A stretch of DNA of 64,000 bases from Bacilli bacterium (GCA_016298185.1 JAEDDA010000002.1:6674-70673), one strand, 5' to 3'. Positions 1-9,761 are shown, numbered from the stretch's first letter. Notes: generated from the letters alone by a model not told the origin. Translations and numbers: made by a program.

Positions 1-1
1 T

Positions 2-163
2 TCTGCTGGAGATCAATATGATGATATTTCCATGTTTAAAGAAACTGGTATTTCTATTGCCATGGGAAATGGTGTGGATATTGCTAAAGAAAATGCTTCC
101 ATTGTGGCACCAGGTATTGGTGAGCATGGTTTAGCTCGAGTTTTAAAAGATATGCTTCAGTAA
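2..163 (+). CDS. 3' end of a Cof-type HAD-IIB phosphatase gene (5' part outside window)
   Basis: Frame open from window edge to TAA 161-163; translates SAGDQYDDISMFKETGISIAMGNGVDIAKENASIVAP..., the GDxxND-like motif IV and AMGNG block of Cof/YidA-type hydrolases. Confidence 0.6.
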   Translation, partial: SAGDQYDDISMFKETGISIAMGNGVDIAKENASIVAPGIGEHGLARVLKDMLQ

Positions 164-170
164 TAATTAT

Positions 171-200
171 TTGTTAAATAATTCTTAATAGTGATACAAT
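171..200 (+). promoter_or_regulatory. candidate sigma-A promoter of malQ
   Basis: TTGTTA (171-176), 18-nt spacer, extended -10 TGaTACAAT (192-200), about 22 nt upstream of ATG 223. Confidence 0.4.
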
Positions 201-222
201 TTTTAAAAAGGAAGTCCATCAT

Positions 223-1635
223 ATGAAAAATAATGTTGGTATTTTGCTCCCGGTCGCATCATTACCGGGAAATCATGGCATCGGCGATTTTGGTCCTAAC
301 GCCTATGCTTTTATTCGTTGGCTCAAAAAGAGCAATTATAAATATTGGCAAGTATTGCCACTTAATCCTGTAGGCCCAGGTAACTCACCATATATGTCTA
401 CATGTAGCGAAGCCATTGAACCTCGTTACATCAACTTAGACATGTTAGTGAAACAAGGACTATTAAAAAGAGTGCCTAAGTTCCAACCAAAAACAAATTT
501 CATCCATTATGGTGAAGTGGAAAATTTCAAAGAAAAATATTTATGGAAAGCTTTCCAAAACTTCTTAAAAACTCCGATGAGAGGATATAAGAAATTTAAG
601 AAAGATAATCCATGGCTAATCGCATACGCAACATTCACCGTTTTCCGCAGGAAAAGAAACTATCAACAATGGAACTATTGGCCAAAAGAAATGATTCATT
701 ATTTCGATGAACATAAAGAAGTTCCTAAGGAATATGAAATGGAATGTGAGTTCCATATGTTTATGCAATTTATCGCTTATAAGCAATGGATGCGCTTATG
801 GGCGTACGCGAAGAAGATGGGTATTATCATTATCGCTGACTGCCCATTCTATGTTGGTATCGATTCAACAGATTGTTGGTTAAACAAAGACCAATTCTTA
901 ATGGATGAAAATTACCATCCAACCTTAGTCAGTGGTTGCCCACCAGATGCTTTCTCAGATGATGGCCAATTATGGGGCACACCAATCTATGACTTCAATA
1001 AGATGAAAGAAGATCATTATAAGTTCTTAGTTCATAGAATTGGCTATTTAGCCAATACTTGTGACTTACTTAGACTTGACCACTTCCGTGCGTGGGATAC
1101 ATATTGCGTTATTCCTGCGGAAGACACAAATGCCAGACGTGGTGTGTGGTGGGAAGGTCCAAGATATGACTTCTTTGATGAGTTATATAGACAATATCCA
1201 AACATCAATTTAATCGCTGAAGATTTAGGTGACTTGTTCCAAGGCGTTCATGATTTAAGAGATCACTATAAATTACCAGGTATGTATATTTGTGAATTTA
1301 CAATCTTTGATTTAAATGCACAATCAAAGCCCACACAAATTGTTTATCCAGGTACTCATGATAATGAGACATTGTATGGATGGCTCAAATCTCTTCCACA
1401 GGAAAACATCGATTTCTTAAATTGGAGATTCAATAATCCAAAAGACTTATATAAGACAATCTTTGAATACATTTGGAACTTACCATCTTTGATGACTATC
1501 TTCCAACTTCAAGATTTGATTAAACTCGATAACCGTGGTCGTATTAACTGGCCAGGTACAGTTGGTGATCCAAACTGGTGTTTCAAATTCAGAGACTTCT
1601 CTTGGAAAAAGAAAGTTCAATTCTTCAATAAATAA
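223..1635 (+). CDS. malQ: 4-alpha-glucanotransferase (amylomaltase, GH77)
   Basis: 470-aa ORF with AAGGAAG SD; GILLPVASLPGNHGIGDFG N-terminus, LRLDHFRAW and YPGTHDNETL blocks are GH77 signatures. Confidence 0.9.
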   Translation: MKNNVGILLPVASLPGNHGIGDFGPNAYAFIRWLKKSNYKYWQVLPLNPVGPGNSPYMSTCSEAIEPRYINLDMLVKQGLLKRVPKFQPKTNFIHYGEVENFKEKYLWKAFQNFLKTPMRGYKKFKKDNPWLIAYATFTVFRRKRNYQQWNYWPKEMIHYFDEHKEVPKEYEMECEFHMFMQFIAYKQWMRLWAYAKKMGIIIIADCPFYVGIDSTDCWLNKDQFLMDENYHPTLVSGCPPDAFSDDGQLWGTPIYDFNKMKEDHYKFLVHRIGYLANTCDLLRLDHFRAWDTYCVIPAEDTNARRGVWWEGPRYDFFDELYRQYPNINLIAEDLGDLFQGVHDLRDHYKLPGMYICEFTIFDLNAQSKPTQIVYPGTHDNETLYGWLKSLPQENIDFLNWRFNNPKDLYKTIFEYIWNLPSLMTIFQLQDLIKLDNRGRINWPGTVGDPNWCFKFRDFSWKKKVQFFNK

Positions 1636-1636
1636 T

Positions 1637-1668
1637 AAAAGAGGCTATGCCTCTTTTTCTTTTTACAA
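1637..1668 (+). terminator. rho-independent terminator after malQ
   Basis: AAAGAGGC-tat-GCCTCTTT hairpin followed by a T-run. Confidence 0.6.
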
Positions 1669-1713
1669 AACACATAAATCTTTTACTATGTAAAAAATAT
1701 TATTTATCTTCTT

Positions 1714-1730
1714 TATACAATATTTGTATA
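1714..1730. repeat. 7-3-7 palindrome TATACAA-TAT-TTGTATA in the malQ/pullulanase spacer
   Basis: Perfect inverted repeat read directly; lies in a 215-nt AT-rich spacer about 120 nt upstream of the pullulanase ATG. Confidence 0.3.
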
Positions 1731-1850
1731 CAAAAAAATTACGATAATGAATATAATAAAATAGTATTTTATGTAATAAGAATGACTTCGAGGCGTATAG
1801 AACCAAAAAACATTCTTTTCTTACATGATTAGTAACTAGGGGGATCTCCT

Positions 1851-4800
1851 ATGAAAAAAGGAAAATTATTATTATTCTCCTTCTTAGCTGGAGTGCTAGG
1901 CTTTTCAGTGACTTTTGAAGTGGCAAAAAACATCAAATATAGTGATGACAATGTCACATACGACACTCCTGTTATTAGAGATATTAATCGTCCAGACTTC
2001 GTAAGAGCGGGCGATGATGAAATCCCAGATGTTAAAACCGTTGAACTCCATTATCATAACGACAATGGTGGATGCGGTAATGATACAACTACACTTGGTA
2101 CCGCAGGTGGACGTGCTTTCTATATTTGGACAACTGGTGTTAATGGTACTGAATGCATGCCTGACCACGTCGCTAACGACGGTCAAGACATGGACATCAC
2201 AATTGATTTAACTAGCGAAAAGTTCTCTAAATATGCTGGTAGAACCTCTTTGTTATTCATCATCAAATACCGTATGAATAGCGCAAGCGATGAAAACTGG
2301 GGTGGACAATCCTCGGATACAGAACTCAATTTTTTTGAATTTCCACCAGATGAAGATGGTAAAGTCGTCGCTTGGACAACAACCGGTTCTGGTAGTGATA
2401 TCGCTGTTTTCCATACCGAAGCTGAAACCAAAGTCCTTGGTGTTAAATCCGCAGAATTTGTTGATTGGAAAACAATTAGATGCAACAATACCGCAGAAAA
2501 CGTCAAATGGGAAATGTATGCGTTTGATGAAACGTTCTATAAGAGAGACGCCAAAACAAGAGATACATTTAAGAAATGGTATTTAATCATGAATGGTACC
2601 AATAGTGGTCCAACATTTGATATCACCTTCCCAAAGATGGCGCATATTAATATCGTTTATTGCATTGAATCAGTTGATTTAGCATCCACAACTGGGTTAA
2701 AGAAAACCTGCTATGTGACATTCGATAAGTTATATAACGATCCAAGATTCTTGGAACATTATGTATATAACGGCAACGATTTAGGATGCACAGTTACAGA
2801 TAATAGTACAACCTTTAAAGTTTGGGCTCCAACCGCAGCGAATATGTCATTACTCATTTATGGTACTGGCTTATCACTCGACTTTGGTGGTTCCAATAAA
2901 TCCACAGGTTATCATATGTTCTATCAACCTGGTGGTATCTGGGAAATTACATTTAATAGAAAACTTTCCGGTAGTTATTACACATATCAAGTTTCTAACT
3001 CCGGCGGTACACAAGAAAGTATGGACCCATACGCAAAAGCATGTGGTCTTAATGGTGTGAGAGGCTATGTTTTTACATCTTCTTTTACAAACCCAGAAGG
3101 ATGGGATGAACTCCCAGAAATCTGGGATGGCAATACCACGTTTAAGTGGGATTCCTCTAATCCAAAAGAAGTTAGTGGTTTAGATATTAAAACTCCTCAA
3201 GAATTAACCATTTACGAAGTGCATGTTCAAGATTTCACTGGTGATGCATCTTGGAATGGTACTGAATCTAAAAGAGGTACATACGAAGGTTTCATAGAAA
3301 GAGGTACACATGTTGAAGGTCATGAAGATGCTTCAACAGGCTATGATCACTTAAACGAATTAGGTGTTAGAGCGGTGCAATTATTACCAATCTTTGACCA
3401 CGATAACAATGAAATTGAAGAAGATGGTTATAACTGGGGTTACAATCCTCTTAACTACAACTGTGTTGAAGGTGCTTATTCTAGCGACCCTACCAATCCT
3501 TCTAAGAGAATTAGAGAATTCAAAAATCTCGTTTTACAAATGAGCAAAACAAATAACCACACACGTGTCATTATGGACGTTGTCTATAACCACGTTTCTC
3601 GTGCTTCTGCTTCCTCATTTACAAAATTAATGCCTAAATATTATTTCCGCTATTCAAGAACTGGTGAATACACAAATGGTTCTGGTTGTTCTAATGAAGT
3701 TAAATCAGAAAACTATATGGTGAGAAAATTCATCGTTGATAGCGTCATGTATTGGGCCAAAGAATACAAGATTAAAGGCTTTAGATTTGACCTTATGGGT
3801 TTAATTGATACTGAAACCATGAGAGCAGTCAAAGACTCCTTATATGCCTATGACAAAGACATTTATGTCTATGGTGAAGGTTGGACCGGTGGTGGATATG
3901 GTGAAATGATTGAAGTTTCTCCAGGTAACTGGCAAACCGTTCCTGAAACCGTTAACGGCACACATGGCACCACAACTGGTGCGGTTTATTCCGAGCTTTA
4001 TCCATCAGCTACATCCCCAGGTTATCTCGGTGGATTTAACGATAGTGGTCGTAACGCTTTAAGAGGTGGAAATGATCAAGGTTGGGGCTCAAGCAGTCAC
4101 TTACCAGGTTGGGGCTTTATGCAAAAAGGTAGCGATGCCTCCGCTGATGATAGAGGTAGGGTAGCCGATATGATTTGGGGTATTTGCTCAGGTCAAGGTG
4201 GTAACCCAAAACAAACCATTAACTATGCATCTTGTCACGATAACTGGACAGTATTTGATCAACTTTATTACACATTAGGTGATTCTAATGATGGAATAGC
4301 GCCTGATTATGAATATGTTATGAATGGAGTCACAACCGCTCACGCATTAATTTTTGCCTCTAATGGTGCAGCATTTATGTTAGGCGGGGAAGAAATCTTT
4401 AGAACTAAAGAATTAAGTGCTACCGATAGAGAAAAAGTTTCTCCAAATACATATGAACAATTGTATAGCAGATATTGCTCACATAACTCATACAATTCAC
4501 CATTAACTGTTAACTCATTTAAATGGGGTAATAAAATTACCGCTCATGGTGTCAGCTATGCTGGCTACTTTGAAGCATTCCAAAATATGGTGAAATTACA
4601 TCACGATATGGAAAAATTCCCATATCAATCTTCTGGTTTCCCATACCATCAAACTTCCGCAGGTAATCCAATTGATAACACCTCTTGGGCTGGTGGCGGA
4701 AAAGATGGTAATTATGAAGGTGCCGCTGGCTTCCAATTAGATGAATATTTCATCTTCGCAGCAGGCCGTAACTGGGGGTATATTAGTAGTGATGCACATA

Positions 4801-4919
4801 CATGGACTAAATTATTTGAATTTGGTACATGGAAACATGGCGATTATGGCAATACCGTTGATGTTGGCGATTATTCCACTAACAAAGGCTGTGCTATTGT
4901 TATATTTAAAAGAGGATAA
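1851..4919 (+). CDS. type I pullulanase (GH13), membrane-anchored or secreted, with long N-terminal non-catalytic region
   Basis: 1022 aa; N-terminal hydrophobic segment LLLFSFLAGVLGFSV; GH13 blocks YNWGYNP, VIMDVVYNHV, GFRFDLMG, YGEGW, YASCHDN. Confidence 0.9.
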   Translation: MKKGKLLLFSFLAGVLGFSVTFEVAKNIKYSDDNVTYDTPVIRDINRPDFVRAGDDEIPDVKTVELHYHNDNGGCGNDTTTLGTAGGRAFYIWTTGVNGTECMPDHVANDGQDMDITIDLTSEKFSKYAGRTSLLFIIKYRMNSASDENWGGQSSDTELNFFEFPPDEDGKVVAWTTTGSGSDIAVFHTEAETKVLGVKSAEFVDWKTIRCNNTAENVKWEMYAFDETFYKRDAKTRDTFKKWYLIMNGTNSGPTFDITFPKMAHINIVYCIESVDLASTTGLKKTCYVTFDKLYNDPRFLEHYVYNGNDLGCTVTDNSTTFKVWAPTAANMSLLIYGTGLSLDFGGSNKSTGYHMFYQPGGIWEITFNRKLSGSYYTYQVSNSGGTQESMDPYAKACGLNGVRGYVFTSSFTNPEGWDELPEIWDGNTTFKWDSSNPKEVSGLDIKTPQELTIYEVHVQDFTGDASWNGTESKRGTYEGFIERGTHVEGHEDASTGYDHLNELGVRAVQLLPIFDHDNNEIEEDGYNWGYNPLNYNCVEGAYSSDPTNPSKRIREFKNLVLQMSKTNNHTRVIMDVVYNHVSRASASSFTKLMPKYYFRYSRTGEYTNGSGCSNEVKSENYMVRKFIVDSVMYWAKEYKIKGFRFDLMGLIDTETMRAVKDSLYAYDKDIYVYGEGWTGGGYGEMIEVSPGNWQTVPETVNGTHGTTTGAVYSELYPSATSPGYLGGFNDSGRNALRGGNDQGWGSSSHLPGWGFMQKGSDASADDRGRVADMIWGICSGQGGNPKQTINYASCHDNWTVFDQLYYTLGDSNDGIAPDYEYVMNGVTTAHALIFASNGAAFMLGGEEIFRTKELSATDREKVSPNTYEQLYSRYCSHNSYNSPLTVNSFKWGNKITAHGVSYAGYFEAFQNMVKLHHDMEKFPYQSSGFPYHQTSAGNPIDNTSWAGGGKDGNYEGAAGFQLDEYFIFAAGRNWGYISSDAHTWTKLFEFGTWKHGDYGNTVDVGDYSTNKGCAIVIFKRG

Positions 4920-4933
4920 GGAGGAAAAGACGG

Positions 4934-5326
4934 ATGAAAAAACTTTTATTGTTGCTTGTTCCTGCCGCTTTATTAGCGTTAAGCGCATGCCAACCAAATA
5001 CAGAAGATAATCCTGGTGGAGATGATGACATTCCTGTTGTTGATCCAGACCGTAAAAAGGATTTAACTGTCAATTTCTTCTTAAACTATTCTCATTCAGA
5101 AGAACCATTCTTTGTTTATGATTGGTATACATTAATTCCGATGGGTAAATGCCCAGAAGAAGCAATGCTTACTTCTGAAGATGCAAGCGATCCATTATTC
5201 CCTGTCTTTGTGTGTTGGTCTGAATATCCATCATCTATTGATGATAGTCATGCATGGAACTTCAAAACCGATTCCAAGACAAGCAAAATATTAAATCTTT
5301 ATGGCATTTGGACTAGTGCTGAATAA
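4934..5326 (+). CDS. small surface lipoprotein, unknown function (single degenerate Listeria-Bacteroides-repeat-like module)
   Basis: 130 aa; signal peptide with lipobox LALSAC; SD GGAGGA upstream; tail FVCWSEYPSS..HAWNFKTDSKTSKILNLYGIW resembles the GWY...W.F..D.....LYA.W repeat. Confidence 0.7.
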   Translation: MKKLLLLLVPAALLALSACQPNTEDNPGGDDDIPVVDPDRKKDLTVNFFLNYSHSEEPFFVYDWYTLIPMGKCPEEAMLTSEDASDPLFPVFVCWSEYPSSIDDSHAWNFKTDSKTSKILNLYGIWTSAE

Positions 5327-5340
5327 TTAGGAGGATAATT

Positions 5341-8013
5341 ATGAAAAAAATAAGTCTTCTATTTATGGTAGCCATGAGCTTATCTGTCATTGGCTGCAAT
5401 CCAACTAAAGGTGGAGGCGGAGAAACTCCTGAACCACCAACACCCGAACCACCAAGTCCTGGTGAAAGACACGATGTTGATATTGATGTTCCTGAACTCG
5501 TTGCACTTAGTGAACCAGCAGTTTATTTCCATTATTGGAGACAAGATTGCACTTACACTAACTGGGATATGTGGATTTGGGAAAAAGACCATGATGGTGC
5601 CGCTTTTAACTTCAACTACAAGGATAATTGGGGTGTTGTCGCAGCCTATACTTTAAGTAGTTGGGAAGATCCACTCGCGAATACATTGGGATTTATCGTG
5701 AGAAAAGGTGGCGATACCTGGGCAGATAAAGACTTAGGTGGTAGTGATAAGTACTTAGACTTTTCATTATTTACCGCTGATGAAAATGGCTCTTATCACG
5801 TATATTTAATTTCTGGTCAAACCGATATCTATATTGACCCAGAAGGACACGTGAAAGGCACAATTAAACAAGCTTCATTCCCAAAAGTCAACATTTTAAG
5901 TGCTTCTGCTAACTTAGGTATGACTTCTTGGTCACTTAGAGAAAACGGTGTGGAAATTATGGGTAACCCATCCACAAAAAATATCAGACGTATTTATCAA
6001 ACATTACCTGAAGGCAAAACAGTTGATTTTGCTAAGAAATACGAATTATATGTCACATTTGAAGATGAAACTTCCGCTAATGCATTAGTCAGTAAGTTCT
6101 TACTCTTCGGTAGTGAAGAATTCGGTAATTTATATAACTATGAAGGTGATGATCTCGGTGTTGAAGTGGATGCCAATGGAACAACATTTAAAGTTTGGTC
6201 TCCATTATCTTCATCCGTGAAATTAAGAGTCTATGATAGTGGTACTCCTGCCGCTTTAACTGGTGGCGATGATACACATCAAGAATACGAAATGACTAAA
6301 GAGGAAAAAGGCGTTTGGTCATATCATTCCACAAATCAGTTATATGGCAAATACTACACATACGTAGTCACAAACGAAGCATATACAGAAAAAGAAACAG
6401 TTGACCCATACGCAAAGAGCGCAGGTATCAATGGTTCTCGTGGAGCGATTGTTAACTTTGAAGAAACTAACCCAACTGAATGGGATTCCATACAACCACT
6501 TCCATTTGATAGAAAAGAAATGGTGGTTTACGAAACTCACGTTGCTGATGTGACCTCTTCTTCCACATGGACTGGTACAGAAACTAACCGTAAACTCTTC
6601 AATGGTATGTATGAAAAAGGCACAAAATACACCGAAAATGGCAATATAGTTTCTACTGGCTTTGATCATATCGCTAGTTTAGGTGTTAACGCCGTACAAA
6701 TCCTTCCACTTTACGACCAAGCTAATGATGAAGTTAACCCATCATTTAACTGGGGCTATAATCCTCTTAACTATAATGTTATTGAAGGTTCTTATTCGTC
6801 CAATCCATATGATGCTGCAGTGAGAGTGAGAGAGTTCAAAGAACTTGTTAAAGCTTATAACAAAGAAGGCATGAACATCATTATGGACGTTGTTTATAAC
6901 CACGTTGCCGGCGCACAAGGCTGCAATTTTGATGTCTTAGTGCCAGGTTATTACTTCCGTTATAACGACAATGGTTCTTATAGTAATGGTTCAGGTTGTG
7001 GTAACGAAACCGCAAGTGAACATTTCATGATGAGAAAATTCATGATTGATAGCGCATGTTTCTGGACCAAAGAATATAAACTCGGTGGTTTTAGATTTGA
7101 CCTTATGGGATTACATGATTTAGAAACCATGGCTCAATTAACCTCTGCTGTTAAACAATTAAATCCAAGCGCTGTTATTTATGGCGAACCTTGGAGTGGT
7201 GGAACATCTCCATTACCAGATAGCGAATCCGCAAAACAAATTAATGGTAATAAATACCAAGGTTATGGCGCCTTTAACGATAAGATTAGGGACGGTTTAA
7301 TCAAAGGTGGTTTAGCGGGTCCAACAGAATTAGGTTGGATTACCAATAACAAGACCAATATCGGTAATGATATCAATATGATTACCAGAGGTATTAAAGG
7401 TATTACCGCTGCTGGTACGGCAATCAATGATCCAGACAAGACCGTTAACTATGTTACATGTCACGATAACCGCACATTATATGATAGATTTATCGCAACA
7501 AAGAAATTCACCGCAGAACAAGACGAATTATTAGAAAAGATGAACGTCTTAGCCAATGCAGTCATTATGTTATCTGAAGGTACATCCTTCATGCTTGCTG
7601 GTGAAGAATTCTTAAGAACAAAACAAGGCAATGAAAACTCCTATAACGCTTCTTATGAAGTTAATGAGTTAGATTATTCCCTAAAGATTAAACATCCACG
7701 CATGATGGAAAATTATCAAAAACTTATTCAAATGAAGACATTATCTGGTGCCTTACATTTAGATCAAGAAAAAGCTTCCGCGATTAACATCAAAGCTTCT
7801 TCTGATGGTTCAATGATTTCTTATAAGATTGTTGAAGAAGATATTAATAGAGAAACATACATCATCCACGCGAATGGTTTACCAGTTGAAAACACAGTTG
7901 ATTTAACTGGTTACACATTATATTGGTCCACATTAGAAGGAAACGCCAAGGAAATCTCTGCGGCCACACCTGTGGGACAATATGAAACAATCATTGCTTA
8001 CAGAAATTTGTAA
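5341..8013 (+). CDS. type I pullulanase (GH13) lipoprotein
   Basis: 890 aa; lipobox LSVIGC followed by Gly/Pro linker; blocks FNWGYNP, IIMDVVYNHV, GFRFDLMG, YGEPW, YVTCHDN. Confidence 0.9.
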   Translation: MKKISLLFMVAMSLSVIGCNPTKGGGGETPEPPTPEPPSPGERHDVDIDVPELVALSEPAVYFHYWRQDCTYTNWDMWIWEKDHDGAAFNFNYKDNWGVVAAYTLSSWEDPLANTLGFIVRKGGDTWADKDLGGSDKYLDFSLFTADENGSYHVYLISGQTDIYIDPEGHVKGTIKQASFPKVNILSASANLGMTSWSLRENGVEIMGNPSTKNIRRIYQTLPEGKTVDFAKKYELYVTFEDETSANALVSKFLLFGSEEFGNLYNYEGDDLGVEVDANGTTFKVWSPLSSSVKLRVYDSGTPAALTGGDDTHQEYEMTKEEKGVWSYHSTNQLYGKYYTYVVTNEAYTEKETVDPYAKSAGINGSRGAIVNFEETNPTEWDSIQPLPFDRKEMVVYETHVADVTSSSTWTGTETNRKLFNGMYEKGTKYTENGNIVSTGFDHIASLGVNAVQILPLYDQANDEVNPSFNWGYNPLNYNVIEGSYSSNPYDAAVRVREFKELVKAYNKEGMNIIMDVVYNHVAGAQGCNFDVLVPGYYFRYNDNGSYSNGSGCGNETASEHFMMRKFMIDSACFWTKEYKLGGFRFDLMGLHDLETMAQLTSAVKQLNPSAVIYGEPWSGGTSPLPDSESAKQINGNKYQGYGAFNDKIRDGLIKGGLAGPTELGWITNNKTNIGNDINMITRGIKGITAAGTAINDPDKTVNYVTCHDNRTLYDRFIATKKFTAEQDELLEKMNVLANAVIMLSEGTSFMLAGEEFLRTKQGNENSYNASYEVNELDYSLKIKHPRMMENYQKLIQMKTLSGALHLDQEKASAINIKASSDGSMISYKIVEEDINRETYIIHANGLPVENTVDLTGYTLYWSTLEGNAKEISAATPVGQYETIIAYRNL

Positions 8014-8035
8014 ACTTAAATCGATTTATATAAAC

Positions 8036-8066
8036 AAAGGGGTGTTTCGGCACCTCTTTTAATTTT
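8036..8066 (+). terminator. rho-independent terminator after second pullulanase
   Basis: AAAGGGGTG-tttcgg-CACCTCTTT hairpin (one G-U) then T-rich tail. Confidence 0.6.
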
Positions 8067-8089
8067 ATTAAAATAATTTCAAAAATGTT

Positions 8090-8117
8090 TTGTATTTTTT
8101 TGTAGTGTAGTTATAAT
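8090..8117 (+). promoter_or_regulatory. candidate promoter of the ABC importer operon
   Basis: TTGTAT (8090-8095), 16-nt spacer, TATAAT (8112-8117); about 100-nt leader to ATG 8215. Confidence 0.35.
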
Positions 8118-8214
8118 AGACCCATAGGATACATTCAACGAACCTTAGTACTTATTTATTAAAAAAAGTATTCTTTTATTTGTTGAATGCAAAAAACGAA
8201 AGGAGATTTCATTG

Positions 8215-9750
8215 ATGAAATTAAAGAAAGTCCTATTTCCATGTGCCGTCGCAGCATTAATGCTCGCAGGTTGTACTGGCCAAAAACAAGGCGGTGACAA
8301 CTTAAAAGGCACATACAATGTCACACTTTGGGTTTCCGAAGTTGCTGGTGTTGCCGATCAATTCAGAGCTCAAATCAGAGCATTTGAAGCCGAAAACGAA
8401 GGCATCAAAATCGTCGAAACAATTGAAGGCGTTTCCGAATCCAGCTCCGCAACTCAAGTTTTGACAGATATCGACGCTGCCGCCGATATTTACTGTTTCG
8501 CACAAGACCAAACAGCTCGTTTGATCGAAGGTGGTGCTTTAGCAAAATTAGGTAAAGCTGCCGCTGAACAAGTCAAAGCAGAAAATGACGCAGGTTCCAT
8601 CCTCGCAGTCACAGGTGGAAATGATTTATACGCATATCCACTAACATCCGACAACGGTTACTTCATGTACTATGACAAGAGCGTCATTACAGAAGACGTT
8701 GACATCACAAATTTCGAGGCAATTCTCGCAAAATGTGAAACTTCAGGCCACACATTCACAATGGAAGCCGCAGGCTCTGCTTGGTACATCGCCAGCTGGT
8801 TCTTCGGCACAGGTTGTACATCTACATGGACAACTGACAATGAAGGCAAAATCAACGGTGTCGTTGATACATTCAATGACCCAGTTAAAGGTTTAGCAGC
8901 AGCTAAAGGTTTATACAAACTCGTTAAATCCACAGCTCACAAAGACAATTCTTCTGTCGCTTCATTTGAAGATGCTACACCAGCCGCAGTCGTCGTTTCC
9001 GGTATGTGGGACTACACCACAGCATCCGCAATTTTAGGCGAAAACTTAGGCGTTGCTGAATTACCATACTTCCACGTTGGTGAAGAAGCATACCACTTAG
9101 GTTCCTTCTCTGGTAACAAATTATTAGGTGTTAAACCACAATCTGATGCCAAGAGAGCCGCTGTTATGTCCAAATTAGCCTTATACTTAACAGGCGAAAA
9201 ATGTCAACAAGAAAGATTTGACGAATTTGCTTGGGGTCCATCCAACAAAGTCGTTCAAAATTCTGAAGCCGTTAAAGCTAACCCAGCACTTGCTGCCTTA
9301 GCAAAACAAAACCAATATGGTACACCACAAGGCCAAATTCATGGTTCTTGGTGGGATATCGCGAAAGTTATCGCAACAGATGTCAAAGCCACAGATGGTT
9401 CCGATGAACAATTACAAGCTGCTTTAGATGCTTATGCTGCAAAATTAGCAGACATCTTTGAAGTTCACCCATGGGGTCTTGTCGGTAATATGGCAGAATC
9501 CAATTGGTCCACAAACATTGAAATGACACTCAATGCAAACGGAACATGGGAAATCACCTATGAATTCTTAGCAAATGCTGAATTCAAAGTTCGTTGTGGT
9601 GGTGACTGGGATTCCTTCGCCACATTAAAACTTACCTTACCAGAAGGTATGGAACAAATCGAAGGTGGCAACATCAAAGTTAACACAGCTGGTACATACA
9701 AGGTCGTCGTTGATCCAGTTGCATTAACATTAGTCATTACAGCTCAATAA
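8215..9750 (+). CDS. ABC sugar (maltodextrin-type) solute-binding lipoprotein with extra C-terminal CBM-like beta-sandwich domain
   Basis: ORF track starts at TTG 8212, but AAAGGAG SD (8198-8204) fits ATG 8215. Lipobox MLAGC; family-1 SBP body; last ~95 aa WGLVGNMAESNWSTNIEMTLNANGTWEITYEFLANAEFKVRCGGDWD... is not part of an SBP fold. Confidence 0.85.
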   Translation: MKLKKVLFPCAVAALMLAGCTGQKQGGDNLKGTYNVTLWVSEVAGVADQFRAQIRAFEAENEGIKIVETIEGVSESSSATQVLTDIDAAADIYCFAQDQTARLIEGGALAKLGKAAAEQVKAENDAGSILAVTGGNDLYAYPLTSDNGYFMYYDKSVITEDVDITNFEAILAKCETSGHTFTMEAAGSAWYIASWFFGTGCTSTWTTDNEGKINGVVDTFNDPVKGLAAAKGLYKLVKSTAHKDNSSVASFEDATPAAVVVSGMWDYTTASAILGENLGVAELPYFHVGEEAYHLGSFSGNKLLGVKPQSDAKRAAVMSKLALYLTGEKCQQERFDEFAWGPSNKVVQNSEAVKANPALAALAKQNQYGTPQGQIHGSWWDIAKVIATDVKATDGSDEQLQAALDAYAAKLADIFEVHPWGLVGNMAESNWSTNIEMTLNANGTWEITYEFLANAEFKVRCGGDWDSFATLKLTLPEGMEQIEGGNIKVNTAGTYKVVVDPVALTLVITAQ

Positions 9751-9761
9751 TTGAGTTATTT

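Noticed and set aside
1647-1832. 61-aa ORF in the malQ/pullulanase spacer
   Set aside because: It starts inside the malQ terminator hairpin and has no SD. Its composition is Leu/Ile/Tyr/Asn/Lys-rich, as expected from translating AT-rich non-coding DNA.
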